Below are positions 38,343 to 47,254 of a DNA stretch of 64,000 nt, in pieces (the stretch's first letter is position 1; every line of letters begins with the position of its first letter). The notes under the pieces were generated by a model. The model ran no database searches and was not told where the DNA came from. It saw only the letters and a program-made list of their open reading frames with translations. The stretch spans positions 1,536,001 through 1,600,000 of the forward strand of contig CAWBMP010000004.1 in the NCBI GenBank assembly GCA_963790025.1. Direction: 5' to 3'. The position numbers and the translations under genes were made by a program. This DNA is from Nitrospirota bacterium (GTDB lineage: Bacteria; Nitrospirota; Thermodesulfovibrionia; Thermodesulfovibrionales; Dissulfurispiraceae).

Positions 38343-39688
38343 GCAATTATAGAATCTTTGACCAGATCCATCAAGCTTTCAAGCAACTCAGTGCTTATAC
38401 CTATTGGGGGCATAATAACAATAACGTTACCCAAAGGCCTTATTAAAACACCTTTAGTCCTTGACTCGTATGCGACTCGCCAACCGATTCTTTCTTCCCA
38501 GGAGTAAGGTTCTTTAGATGATTTGTCCCTTACCAGTTCTATCCCCGCCATGAGACCCTTGTTTCTCACATTGCCGACATGAGGCAGTTCTGCAATATCT
38601 TTTAGTTTGGTATCCAGAAGCGCAATTTTATCTGTGGCTCCCTGCAATGTGTGTTCATTATCAAAAACCTCGAGACATGCAACCGCAGCAGCACATGCCA
38701 ATGGATTGCCGGTGTAAGAATGGCCGTGAAAGAAGGTTTTCAATTCACTGAATTCCCCCAAAAAGGAATTAAAGACTTCCCCGGTAGTCAAGGTCGCAGC
38801 GAGAGGCAGATACCCGTTGGTTATACCTTTCGAGAGGCACATTATATCGGGAACTACAGACTCATGCTCGCACGCAAACATCCTGCCGGTCCTTCCGAAA
38901 CCGGTAGCAACTTCATCCGCAACCAAAAGTACATTGTAGCGATCGCAAAGCGACCTTACCCCTGATAGATATCCTTCGGGCCAAACAATCATTCCCCCGG
39001 CAGCCTGTACAATCGGTTCAATCACAACTGCAGCAATCTCTGCAGAATGATTTTCAAGAATACTTCCCATCTCTTTAAGACATTCCTGACCACACGACCC
39101 GCACGTGCTTCCAAACTGACATCTGTAGCAATAAGGAGAAGACGCTTTGTATGTTTTAAAAAGAAGAGGGCTGAATGTATGATGGAAGATATCTATGCCT
39201 CCCACGCTGACCGCCCCAAGGGTATCTCCGTGGTAACCGTATTTCAACGAGACGAAGGAGTTCTTGCCGCTTTCTCCTTTATGTATCCAGTATTGATATG
39301 CCATTTTGAGGGCCACCTCTACCGCAGTTGAACCATTGTCGGAATAAAAGACCTTGGTTAAAGCCTTGGGCGCAATATGCACAAGCTTTTCAGCAAGCTG
39401 TATAGAAGGCACATTCCCGAGACCGAGGAGTGTAGAGTGCGCTAATTTATCGAGCTGCGTCCTGATCGCATCATCAATTTCCTTTTTCCTGTGGCCGTGG
39501 ATATTGACCCACATAGACGATACGCCGTCAATATACCATTTCCCGTAAACATCCTTTAGAAAACAGTCCTTGCCCTCGGCAATAATAATCTGGTCCTCTT
39601 CAACCCAGCCTTTCATCTGGGTAAAGGGATGCCAGATATACCTTTTATCGGCTTCTTCGAGCTGTTTTATTTCATCAAAATAACTCAT
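38330..39688 (-). CDS. bioA: Adenosylmethionine-8-amino-7-oxononanoate transaminase
   Basis: Motifs IWHPFTQM, DGVSSMWVNIHGH, GSTAVEVALKMA, DEVATGFGRTG, SKGITNGYLP, HGHSYTGN. Confidence 0.95.
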   Translation of the reverse strand: MSYFDEIKQLEEADKRYIWHPFTQMKGWVEEDQIIIAEGKDCFLKDVYGKWYIDGVSSMWVNIHGHRKKEIDDAIRTQLDKLAHSTLLGLGNVPSIQLAEKLVHIAPKALTKVFYSDNGSTAVEVALKMAYQYWIHKGESGKNSFVSLKYGYHGDTLGAVSVGGIDIFHHTFSPLLFKTYKASSPYCYRCQFGSTCGSCGQECLKEMGSILENHSAEIAAVVIEPIVQAAGGMIVWPEGYLSGVRSLCDRYNVLLVADEVATGFGRTGRMFACEHESVVPDIMCLSKGITNGYLPLAATLTTGEVFNSFLGEFSELKTFFHGHSYTGNPLACAAAVACLEVFDNEHTLQGATDKIALLDTKLKDIAELPHVGNVRNKGLMAGIELVRDKSSKEPYSWEERIGWRVAYESRTKGVLIRPLGNVIVIMPPIGISTELLESLMDLVKDSIIAATG

Positions 39689-39820
39689 GGCAACTGTTTG
39701 GTTAATAGATTTATTAGTATACCACAACATTCCGCAGGGGCTACGCTGTTAACGGGACCCGATTTGATTAACAAAACCTTAACGCTGGCTTAATACTCCT
39801 GTAACACTTCCGCTGCTAAT

Positions 39821-40783
39821 ATGTTTATTAACCGAATGAAAAAAATCCTGTTCATTTGCGGCTCTCTCAATCAGACAACTCAGATGCACCAGATAGCTCG
39901 CCACCTTGCCGATTATGACTGTTACTTCACTCCTTTTTACGGGGATGGGGTCATAAGAACGCTCTCGAAAAAAGGTTGGCTGGACTTCACTGTTCTGGGT
40001 GGCTCGTTCAGGCAAACAACTATGCGATACCTCCGGGAAAATGGATGCAGAATCGATCATGAGGGTAAAGGTAACAGCTACGATCTGGTCCTGACATGCA
40101 GCGATCTGATCATGCAGAAAAACATACTGAAAAAGAAAGTCGTTCTCATTCAGGAAGGAATGACCGACCCGGAAAATTTCATCTATCACATGGTCAGGGC
40201 CCTTGGACTGCCCCGCTATCTGGCGAGCACGTCGATGACAGGGCTTTCCCATGCCTATGAGAAATTCTGTGTCGCGTCCGAGGGCTACCGTGACCTGTTT
40301 GTCGGGAAAGGGGTGGAGCCAGAAAAGATCGTGGTAACAGGCATCCCGAATTTCGATAACGTTCGGCAATATCTGGATAACGATTTCCCCTACAGTAAGT
40401 ATGTGCTTGTCGCCACCTCAGATACACGCGAGACCTTCAAATTCGACGATAGAAAGACGTTCTTAAAAAAAGTTGTGCAAATCGCGGGCAGCAGGAGATT
40501 GATATTTAAGCTTCATCCGAATGAGAATGCCCGGCGGTCTATAAAAGAGATAGGCTCAGTCGCGCCGCAGGCCCTTGTTTTCACTGACGGCAACGCGCAT
40601 CACATGGTCGCCAACTGTGATGTCCTTATCACCCAGTATTCCTCTCTCGCCTTCACAGGTGTTGCATTGGGAAAAGAGGTGCACTCCTATTTTGATATCG
40701 ATATGCTCAAGAGATTGAAGCCTGTGCAGAATGACGGCAGTTCAGGCCGGCAAATTGCCGAAGTATGCAGGAGATGCCTGTGA
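39821..40783 (+). CDS. Putative GT-B fold protein (CMP-sugar transferase or UDP-GlcNAc 2-epimerase-like)
   Basis: Motifs IQEG, IVVTGIPNFD, FKLHPNE, ITQYSSL; the HP and SS motifs resemble sialyltransferase/CDP-glycerol transferase families. Confidence 0.6.
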   Translation: MFINRMKKILFICGSLNQTTQMHQIARHLADYDCYFTPFYGDGVIRTLSKKGWLDFTVLGGSFRQTTMRYLRENGCRIDHEGKGNSYDLVLTCSDLIMQKNILKKKVVLIQEGMTDPENFIYHMVRALGLPRYLASTSMTGLSHAYEKFCVASEGYRDLFVGKGVEPEKIVVTGIPNFDNVRQYLDNDFPYSKYVLVATSDTRETFKFDDRKTFLKKVVQIAGSRRLIFKLHPNENARRSIKEIGSVAPQALVFTDGNAHHMVANCDVLITQYSSLAFTGVALGKEVHSYFDIDMLKRLKPVQNDGSSGRQIAEVCRRCL

Positions 40784-41595
40784 ATATAATCACCCTCATC
40801 CAGACAAGGACAGGCTCGACGAGACTCCCCGCCAAAGTGCTGTTGCCGCTGGGAGGCAAGCCGCTTTTTATACGTATGGTGGAGCGGGTCAGACAGGCAT
40901 CATTTTCAGGCAAGGTTGTCATCGCCACCACCTATGATGCCAATGATGACATCATCGAGCAGATCTGCAGCACGGAAGCCATTCCGTGCTTCAGAGGACA
41001 CCCTCTCGATCTGCTCGACCGCCACTACCAGGCCGCTGTCAGATACGGTGCTGACGCTGTTGTAAAAATCCCCTCCGACTGTCCGCTTATCGATGTACAG
41101 GCTATCGACAGGGTGCTCGCTTTTTTCATCACCCATATAGAACGGTTTGATTATGTGAGCAACCTGCACCCTGCCACATACCCCGACGGAAACGATGTTG
41201 AAGTGTTCACCATTGATGCGCTGAAAACAGCGTGGACATATGCCCGCAGGTGGTTGGAGAGAGAGCACACTACCCCATATATGTGGGAGAACCCGGAGCG
41301 TTTCCGGATAGGTAATGTGCATTGGGAAACCGGACTTGACTATTCCATGTCGCATCGCTGGGTGCTGGATTATAAAGAAGATTACGAATTAATACAGGCG
41401 GTGTATAACGCGCTGGCAGATAACGACCAATGCTTCAGTATCGGGGCGATTCTCAGCTTTTTGGAGAAAAACCCGTCAATACGGAAACTTAACGAAAGGT
41501 ATGCCGGCGTGAACTGGTACCGGCACCATCTTGACGAATTAAAGACTATCAACCCTGAGCAAACACGAATAAAGGCGAAACTGGGGGCGGCATGA
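40765..41595 (+). CDS. SpsF/KdsB-like cytidylyltransferase
   Basis: IQTRTGSTRLPAKVL, DLLDRHY, DCPLID, YPDGNDVE, EREH.T; the true start may be GTG 40780. Confidence 0.85.
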   Translation: MQEMPVNIITLIQTRTGSTRLPAKVLLPLGGKPLFIRMVERVRQASFSGKVVIATTYDANDDIIEQICSTEAIPCFRGHPLDLLDRHYQAAVRYGADAVVKIPSDCPLIDVQAIDRVLAFFITHIERFDYVSNLHPATYPDGNDVEVFTIDALKTAWTYARRWLEREHTTPYMWENPERFRIGNVHWETGLDYSMSHRWVLDYKEDYELIQAVYNALADNDQCFSIGAILSFLEKNPSIRKLNERYAGVNWYRHHLDELKTINPEQTRIKAKLGAA

Positions 41596-42428
41596 AGGAG
41601 GAGCAACTTTTTCGATTACGGCAGATGGCACTGAAGGTGCGGGAACGTTGCATAAGAATGTCGTGTTACGGAGGGGCATTTACAGGTTCTTCCCTGTCAT
41701 GCACCGATCTGCTTGTTTATCTATATGGCAAATATCTCTCATTAGGCTCGGGCAATACCAACCGCGACTATTGTTTTTTATCGAAAGGCCATGCAGTCCC
41801 GGCACTATATGGCACCCTGGCAGAGATAGGCTTGTTATCGGAAGAAAGATTCGCGGCACATCTGTCGACCAGTGATGATATTTACTGGCACCCCAACAGG
41901 AATGTGCCGGGCGTCGATTTCCATTCGGGCTCACTGGGTCATCTCCTTTCGGTAGCTGCAGGTGTTGCCCTTGACATCAAATTGGAAGGACAGGAGAGCA
42001 AGGTGGCTGTTATCCTTGGGGACGGTGAACTCAACGAAGGGTCTAACTGGGAGGCTTCCCTGGTAGCAAGCTCTTACAAGCTCGACAACCTTGTCGTTAT
42101 TATTGACCGGAATGGGTTCCAGGCAAACAGGAAAACCGAAGACCTGCTCCCCCTGGAACCTCTTGATGCAAAATTCGGGGCCTTTGGGCTCGCTCCGGAA
42201 ACAGTGGATGGCCATGATTTCGAAAAATTGGACGAGCTATTTTCGCGCATACCGTTCAAGCATGGCCGTCCCAACGTGGTCATTGCCGATACTTTAAGGG
42301 GTAAAGGGCTTCCCAGCATCGAATCACGAGCCGACCGCTGGTTTTGCAATTTTTCTCCTGATGAGTTGGAGGGGCTTATTAAAGAACTGCATGATGCCGT
42401 ACTACCAAAAAGCGGGGCCGCGGTATGA
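41592..42428 (+). CDS. Transketolase-like N-terminal subunit
   Basis: Motifs LSKGHA, GSLGH, and the ThDP motif GDGELNEG...N. Confidence 0.9.
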   Translation: MKEEQLFRLRQMALKVRERCIRMSCYGGAFTGSSLSCTDLLVYLYGKYLSLGSGNTNRDYCFLSKGHAVPALYGTLAEIGLLSEERFAAHLSTSDDIYWHPNRNVPGVDFHSGSLGHLLSVAAGVALDIKLEGQESKVAVILGDGELNEGSNWEASLVASSYKLDNLVVIIDRNGFQANRKTEDLLPLEPLDAKFGAFGLAPETVDGHDFEKLDELFSRIPFKHGRPNVVIADTLRGKGLPSIESRADRWFCNFSPDELEGLIKELHDAVLPKSGAAV

Positions 42429-43336
42429 CGACCTATCAGGAATTGCTCAGGGACATTGCACTTTCGGATGAACGAATCGTCGTGATGACTGCTGAAAACC
42501 TCGCCTCGATACGTAACATTCCCGGGGACCTCGGCAAACGCTTCATCGACACAGGCATTGCGGAACAGTCCCTTGTAGGGATGGCGGCAGGACTCGCTCT
42601 CCGCGGACGGATTCCGGTCGTGCATGCGCTCAGCGCGTTCCTGAGCATGAGGGCATTCGAGTTTATCCGGACCGATGTCGGCATCGGCAACTTACCCGTG
42701 AAACTCTGCGGAGGCGTTCCGGGTTTTCTTTCCGAAGCCAACGGACCGACCCATCAGGCAATCGAAGATATCGCACTCATGCGCATTATCCCTCCCATGG
42801 GTATATTCTGCCCATCCGACGAACAGGACCTCACTCTTGGACTAAGGCAGGTCCTGGAGCACCCTGGACCCTTTTACATCCGCCTGAACCACGCCAAACC
42901 TGTCATCCAACATTTATCAGATTTTGAAATCGGCAAAGCCGAAGTCATATATGACGGTTTCGATATCGCAATCCTCGTTTACGGATTTCTCTTGGCTGAA
43001 ACGGTCAAAGCCAGAGAGATTTTGAAAGCAAAAGGGCTATCTGTCCGCCTGGTCAATCTCCGCACTCTTAAACCTGTCGATGAAGAAGCTATTATGGCAT
43101 CCGTACGCCGCAAATCACTTCTGGTGACCGTCGAAGACCATTTTATTACCGGCGGACTGTATTCAATTTTATGCGAAATACTGATCAGAAGACATGCGAA
43201 ATGCCAGGTGCTGCCGATCAGTCTCGAAAACAGATGGTTCAGGCCGTCCCTTCTTCCAGGAGTTCTTGACTACGAAGGCTTCACAGGAGAAAAAATAGCT
43301 GAAAAAATATTGAAAAAATATAATGGAGGGCGTTGA
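42425..43336 (+). CDS. Transketolase-like C-terminal subunit
   Basis: Motifs GIAEQ, GPTHQ.IED, LKPVD, VEDH...GGL. Confidence 0.9.
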   Translation: MTTYQELLRDIALSDERIVVMTAENLASIRNIPGDLGKRFIDTGIAEQSLVGMAAGLALRGRIPVVHALSAFLSMRAFEFIRTDVGIGNLPVKLCGGVPGFLSEANGPTHQAIEDIALMRIIPPMGIFCPSDEQDLTLGLRQVLEHPGPFYIRLNHAKPVIQHLSDFEIGKAEVIYDGFDIAILVYGFLLAETVKAREILKAKGLSVRLVNLRTLKPVDEEAIMASVRRKSLLVTVEDHFITGGLYSILCEILIRRHAKCQVLPISLENRWFRPSLLPGVLDYEGFTGEKIAEKILKKYNGGR

Positions 43337-43337
43337 T

Positions 43338-44660
43338 ATGCTGCAGTATCCAGTCATTGCCGAATCTGACAAACTCTATGCCCGCGCCCTGGGACTCATA
43401 CCCAATGTAACACAGACACTTGCAAAGGGACCGGGACAGTACATTAAAGGTGTCGCACCCAAGTATCTCAAGGAGGGCAAGGGCTCTCATGTATGGGATG
43501 CAGACGGAAACGAATACATCGATTTCACCATGGCAGTAGGCCCCCTTTCCCTGGGCTACTGTTATCCGCGTGTCGACGAAGCAATACGGGACCAATTAAA
43601 ACACGGCATAACGTTTTCGATGATGCATCCACTGGAGGTCGAGACAGCCGAACTGATTCGTTCCGTTATTCCCTCAGCCGAAGCTATCCGCTTCAGCAAG
43701 ACCGGAGCTGATGTGACATCAGCAGCGGTCCGTCTTGCGCGGGCGTACACCAAACGTGACAAGGTGCTCTGCTGCGGATACCACGGCTGGCATGACTGGT
43801 ATATCGGCGTGACCGACAGAAACAACGGCGTGCCGGGGGCCGTCAAGGACCTGACCTTTACCTTTAACTATAATGACATTGACTCCGTGGAAGCTTCTAT
43901 CGACGATGATACGGCTTGCATTATACTCGAACCCGTTGTGTTCGAAGAACCCCGGGACAATTTTTTGAGCAAGGTGCGTGACCTCTGTGACCAGCAGGGG
44001 ATAGTTTTGATCTTCGACGAAATGTGGACCGGATTCAGGCTGGCCCTGGGAGGCGCTCAGGAGTATTTCGAGATAGATGCAGATCTGGTCTGCTACTCCA
44101 AAGCAATAGCCAATGGGATGCCTCTGTCTGTGCTGGCAGGGAAAAAAGCAATAATGGAACTGCTGGAGAAGGACGTATTTTTCTTCACGACCTTCGGCGG
44201 CGAGGCATTGTCGCTCGCAGCAGCATGCGCAACAATCATGGAGCTGCAAGAGAAGGATGTACCACGAAATCTGGCACGGCAGGGAGAGAAAATAAAAAAT
44301 ACTTATAATGCCATGGCTGCAGGTCTCGGCATTGAATACACAAAATGCGTGGGCCTGCCCTGCCGCACACTTGTCACCTTTGATCCAAAAGCAGGCGATC
44401 CTCTCGTGATGAAATCTTATGTGCAGCAGGAACTGTTCCGGATGGGTATTCTATGGTCGGGTTTTCATACCGTCAGCTTCTCACATACCGACAGCGACAT
44501 TCAGCGCCTTTCAGAGGCATATGAAGAGGTGCTCCCGCTCCTGAAGACAGCGGTCGCTGAAGGAAACATATATGAACTCCTGCGGGGAGAGCCTGTGCAA
44601 CCGGTGTTCAGAAGGACAGGCAACTTCAATACCAAACCAAAACAGGCTGCCAGACAATGA
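43338..44660 (+). CDS. Class III aminotransferase (GSA-aminomutase-like)
   Basis: Motifs DADGNEYID, YHGWHDW, IFDEMWTGFR, SKAIANG, TTFGG. Confidence 0.9.
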   Translation: MLQYPVIAESDKLYARALGLIPNVTQTLAKGPGQYIKGVAPKYLKEGKGSHVWDADGNEYIDFTMAVGPLSLGYCYPRVDEAIRDQLKHGITFSMMHPLEVETAELIRSVIPSAEAIRFSKTGADVTSAAVRLARAYTKRDKVLCCGYHGWHDWYIGVTDRNNGVPGAVKDLTFTFNYNDIDSVEASIDDDTACIILEPVVFEEPRDNFLSKVRDLCDQQGIVLIFDEMWTGFRLALGGAQEYFEIDADLVCYSKAIANGMPLSVLAGKKAIMELLEKDVFFFTTFGGEALSLAAACATIMELQEKDVPRNLARQGEKIKNTYNAMAAGLGIEYTKCVGLPCRTLVTFDPKAGDPLVMKSYVQQELFRMGILWSGFHTVSFSHTDSDIQRLSEAYEEVLPLLKTAVAEGNIYELLRGEPVQPVFRRTGNFNTKPKQAARQ

Positions 44661-45460
44661 ACATGTTTTCACTGAAACACATGGTAGCCATTGTCACCGG
44701 AGCACTCGGACTGCTCGGCAAAGAGCACTGCCGCGCCCTTGCAGGGGCAGGGGCGCACGTCGTCGTCAGTGACCTGAATGAAGAAAGATGCCGGGAATTT
44801 GCCCTCACTCTGACACCTGATGCACTCGGAGCAGGGACAGACGTATCCGATGCCGCCTCTGTAAGCAGCCTGCTTCATAAGACAATGGAGCGCTTTGGCC
44901 GTATCGATATCCTTGTAAACAACGCCGCAGTCAATGAGAAGTTCGAAGACCCTCTCCAGCACCTGAAAATGTCTCAGTTTGAAAATTTCCCCCTCGAAGT
45001 ATGGAAAAAAATAATGGATGTCAATGTTACCGGGGTCTTTATCTGTTCACAGATCATAGGCTCAGTTATGGCTGAAAAGGGCAAAGGCAGCATCATTAAC
45101 ATAGCATCCACCTATGGAGTCGTTGCCCCCGATCAGTCGATCTATAAAACTCCCGACGGACAGCAGGCCTTTTTCAAATCGCCTGCCTACCCGGTCAGTA
45201 AAGGAGCGGTAATTGCTTTCACAAAGTTCCTCGCTGCCTATTGGGGCCATCGCGGCGTCAGGGCCAACACGCTCTCTCCCGGAGGAGTTGAAAATGCTCA
45301 GGACGATTTTTTTGTTAGAAACTATTCCGCTAAAACCCTTCTGGGCAGAATGGCACAGCCCTCGGATTACAAAGGTGCCATAGTGTTCCTGGCGAGCGAC
45401 GCATCCTGTTACATGACCGGAGCGAACTTGATCGTGGACGGGGGGTGGACCGCTATATGA
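44657..45460 (+). CDS. Short-chain dehydrogenase/reductase
   Basis: Motifs TGALGLLG, NNAA, YPVSKG, VDGG. Confidence 0.92.
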   Translation: MNMFSLKHMVAIVTGALGLLGKEHCRALAGAGAHVVVSDLNEERCREFALTLTPDALGAGTDVSDAASVSSLLHKTMERFGRIDILVNNAAVNEKFEDPLQHLKMSQFENFPLEVWKKIMDVNVTGVFICSQIIGSVMAEKGKGSIINIASTYGVVAPDQSIYKTPDGQQAFFKSPAYPVSKGAVIAFTKFLAAYWGHRGVRANTLSPGGVENAQDDFFVRNYSAKTLLGRMAQPSDYKGAIVFLASDASCYMTGANLIVDGGWTAI

Positions 45461-46020
45461 GGACAGTGAAGCCCGCAACAGCAACGGTCAGGAACAAGGC
45501 CCGAAACATACGGTTGCTGCTCACTGATGTCGATGGCGTGCTTACAGACACGGGTGTGTATTATTCGGACAAAGGAGAAGCGCTTAAGAGATTTTCAATT
45601 CGTGACGGCATGGGAGTGGAGCGACTCCGCTTACTGGTAAACGTCGATACCGGCATTATCACCGGCGAGAAGTCGGCATCCATCAAAAAGAGGGCTGAAA
45701 AGCTCCAGATAATGGAATTGCATCAGGGTATTAAGGAAAAAGTGGGACTGCTGGATGAAATTGCGGCAAGAACTTCACTCAGCCGGCAGCAGATCGCCTA
45801 TATCGGCGACGATATGAACGACATCGAAATCATTAATGCGGTGGGGCTTTCCGCTTGTCCTGGCGACGCATTTCCTTTAGTAAAAAAAGCCGCCGATTTC
45901 ATCTGCCGCGCTCATGGAGGACACGGTGCATTCAGAGAATTCGTGGAGTTCATCATCGACTCTAAACTCAGCAGTAACAACGGCCGCAAGAGCCGCAAAA
46001 AAAGGAGGGACTCTCAATGA
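45457..46020 (+). CDS. KdsC/YrbI-family ulosonate-phosphate phosphatase (HAD)
   Basis: Motifs DVDGVLTD, RDGMG, YIGDD.ND, GGHGAFRE. Confidence 0.9.
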   Translation: MRTVKPATATVRNKARNIRLLLTDVDGVLTDTGVYYSDKGEALKRFSIRDGMGVERLRLLVNVDTGIITGEKSASIKKRAEKLQIMELHQGIKEKVGLLDEIAARTSLSRQQIAYIGDDMNDIEIINAVGLSACPGDAFPLVKKAADFICRAHGGHGAFREFVEFIIDSKLSSNNGRKSRKKRRDSQ

Positions 46021-46925
46021 AACCAATCAGGAAGGTTCATCTAAGGGAACACAGTATAGGAGAAGGCGAACCCGTCTATATCATTGCTGAAGTCGGAATC
46101 AATCATAACGGTTCGTTGGCGATCGCCAAGAAAATCATCGACGGAGCTGTTTTTGCCGGGTGCGATGCCGTAAAATTTCAGAAACGGACCCCTGAACTCT
46201 GCGTTCCAAAGGACCAGTGGTATATAGAGCGCGATACCCCGTGGGGCAGAATGACTTATATTGAATACCGCAGAAGGGTGGAGTTCGACGTCGAGGATTA
46301 CAGTGAGATAAACCGTTACAGCAAGGAGAGGGGCATTGTCTGGTTTTCCTCCTGCTGGGACGAGGAATCAGTTGATTTCATGGAGCAGTTCAATCCTTCA
46401 GTTTATAAAGTCCCTTCGGCCTCGCTGACGGACCACGACCTTCTCCGAAAGATAAAGTCAACCGGCAAAGCGATTATGCTCTCCACCGGGATGTCAACAA
46501 TGCAGGAAATAGAAGATGCGGTGAGTGTAGTCGGCAATGACAATTTACTGATAGCCCATTCAACTTCAACCTATCCATGCAAGGTGCCTGAGCTTAATCT
46601 CAGGATGATACCAGTGCTGATGGAAAAATACCCTGGTATTCCTGTCGGGTACTCAGGCCACGAAACAGGCCTGGCGCCAACGTGGGCCGCGGTCGCCCTT
46701 GGCGCCTCTTTCATTGAGCGCCACGTCACCATAGACCGGGCAATGTGGGGGACCGACCAGGCTGCATCGGTCGAGATAATCGGTATGCACAACCTTGTCA
46801 GGAACGTCCGCGACATCGAGAAGTCCATAGGTGACGGCATCAAAAGGGTCTATGACAGTGAAAAGGAAGCGCGTAAAAAGCTCCGCCGCGTCCGCAGTGC
46901 AGACGACGCAATTGCTGTTGCGTGA
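46017..46925 (+). CDS. NeuB-family ulosonate synthase lacking the C-terminal SAF/AFP domain
   Basis: Motifs IAEVGINHNG, AVKFQKR, STGM, STYP, GYSGHE, IERH.T. Confidence 0.9.
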   Translation: MKPIRKVHLREHSIGEGEPVYIIAEVGINHNGSLAIAKKIIDGAVFAGCDAVKFQKRTPELCVPKDQWYIERDTPWGRMTYIEYRRRVEFDVEDYSEINRYSKERGIVWFSSCWDEESVDFMEQFNPSVYKVPSASLTDHDLLRKIKSTGKAIMLSTGMSTMQEIEDAVSVVGNDNLLIAHSTSTYPCKVPELNLRMIPVLMEKYPGIPVGYSGHETGLAPTWAAVALGASFIERHVTIDRAMWGTDQAASVEIIGMHNLVRNVRDIEKSIGDGIKRVYDSEKEARKKLRRVRSADDAIAVA

Positions 46926-47254
46926 GGCTGTCTTTGCACTGGATATATATCCTGATAGCCGGGATATTTGAGATTGGGTGGATCTTCAGCCTCAAATCGA
47001 CCCATGGATTCACCCGGTTCATGCCTATGATTACTTATGCCATCTGCGGGTTCGGAGCGGCCTTTTTCCTTTCACAGGCCATGAAGTCCCTGCCGATGGG
47101 CACAAGCTATGCAGTCTGGGTCGGGATCGCTATAGTCGGCAGCAATGTCCTCGGCATGGCCTATATGGGGGAACCTTATAGCCTGCCGAGGATCACATTT
47201 ATACTCTTCATAACAGTGGGAGTAATAGGGCTAAAGCTGTCGTCATCAAGTTAG
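46922..47254 (+). CDS. SMR/DMT family small transporter (SugE/Gdx-like)
   Basis: W.YI.IAG.FEI.W, LPMGTSYAVWVGI; four transmembrane segments; overlaps the neuB-like stop. Confidence 0.88.
   Translation: MRLSLHWIYILIAGIFEIGWIFSLKSTHGFTRFMPMITYAICGFGAAFFLSQAMKSLPMGTSYAVWVGIAIVGSNVLGMAYMGEPYSLPRITFILFITVGVIGLKLSSSS

Noticed and set aside
43338..44660. hemL assignment for the class III aminotransferase
   Set aside because: The YHGWHDW variant and the sugar-pathway context point to a sugar aminotransferase rather than tetrapyrrole synthesis.
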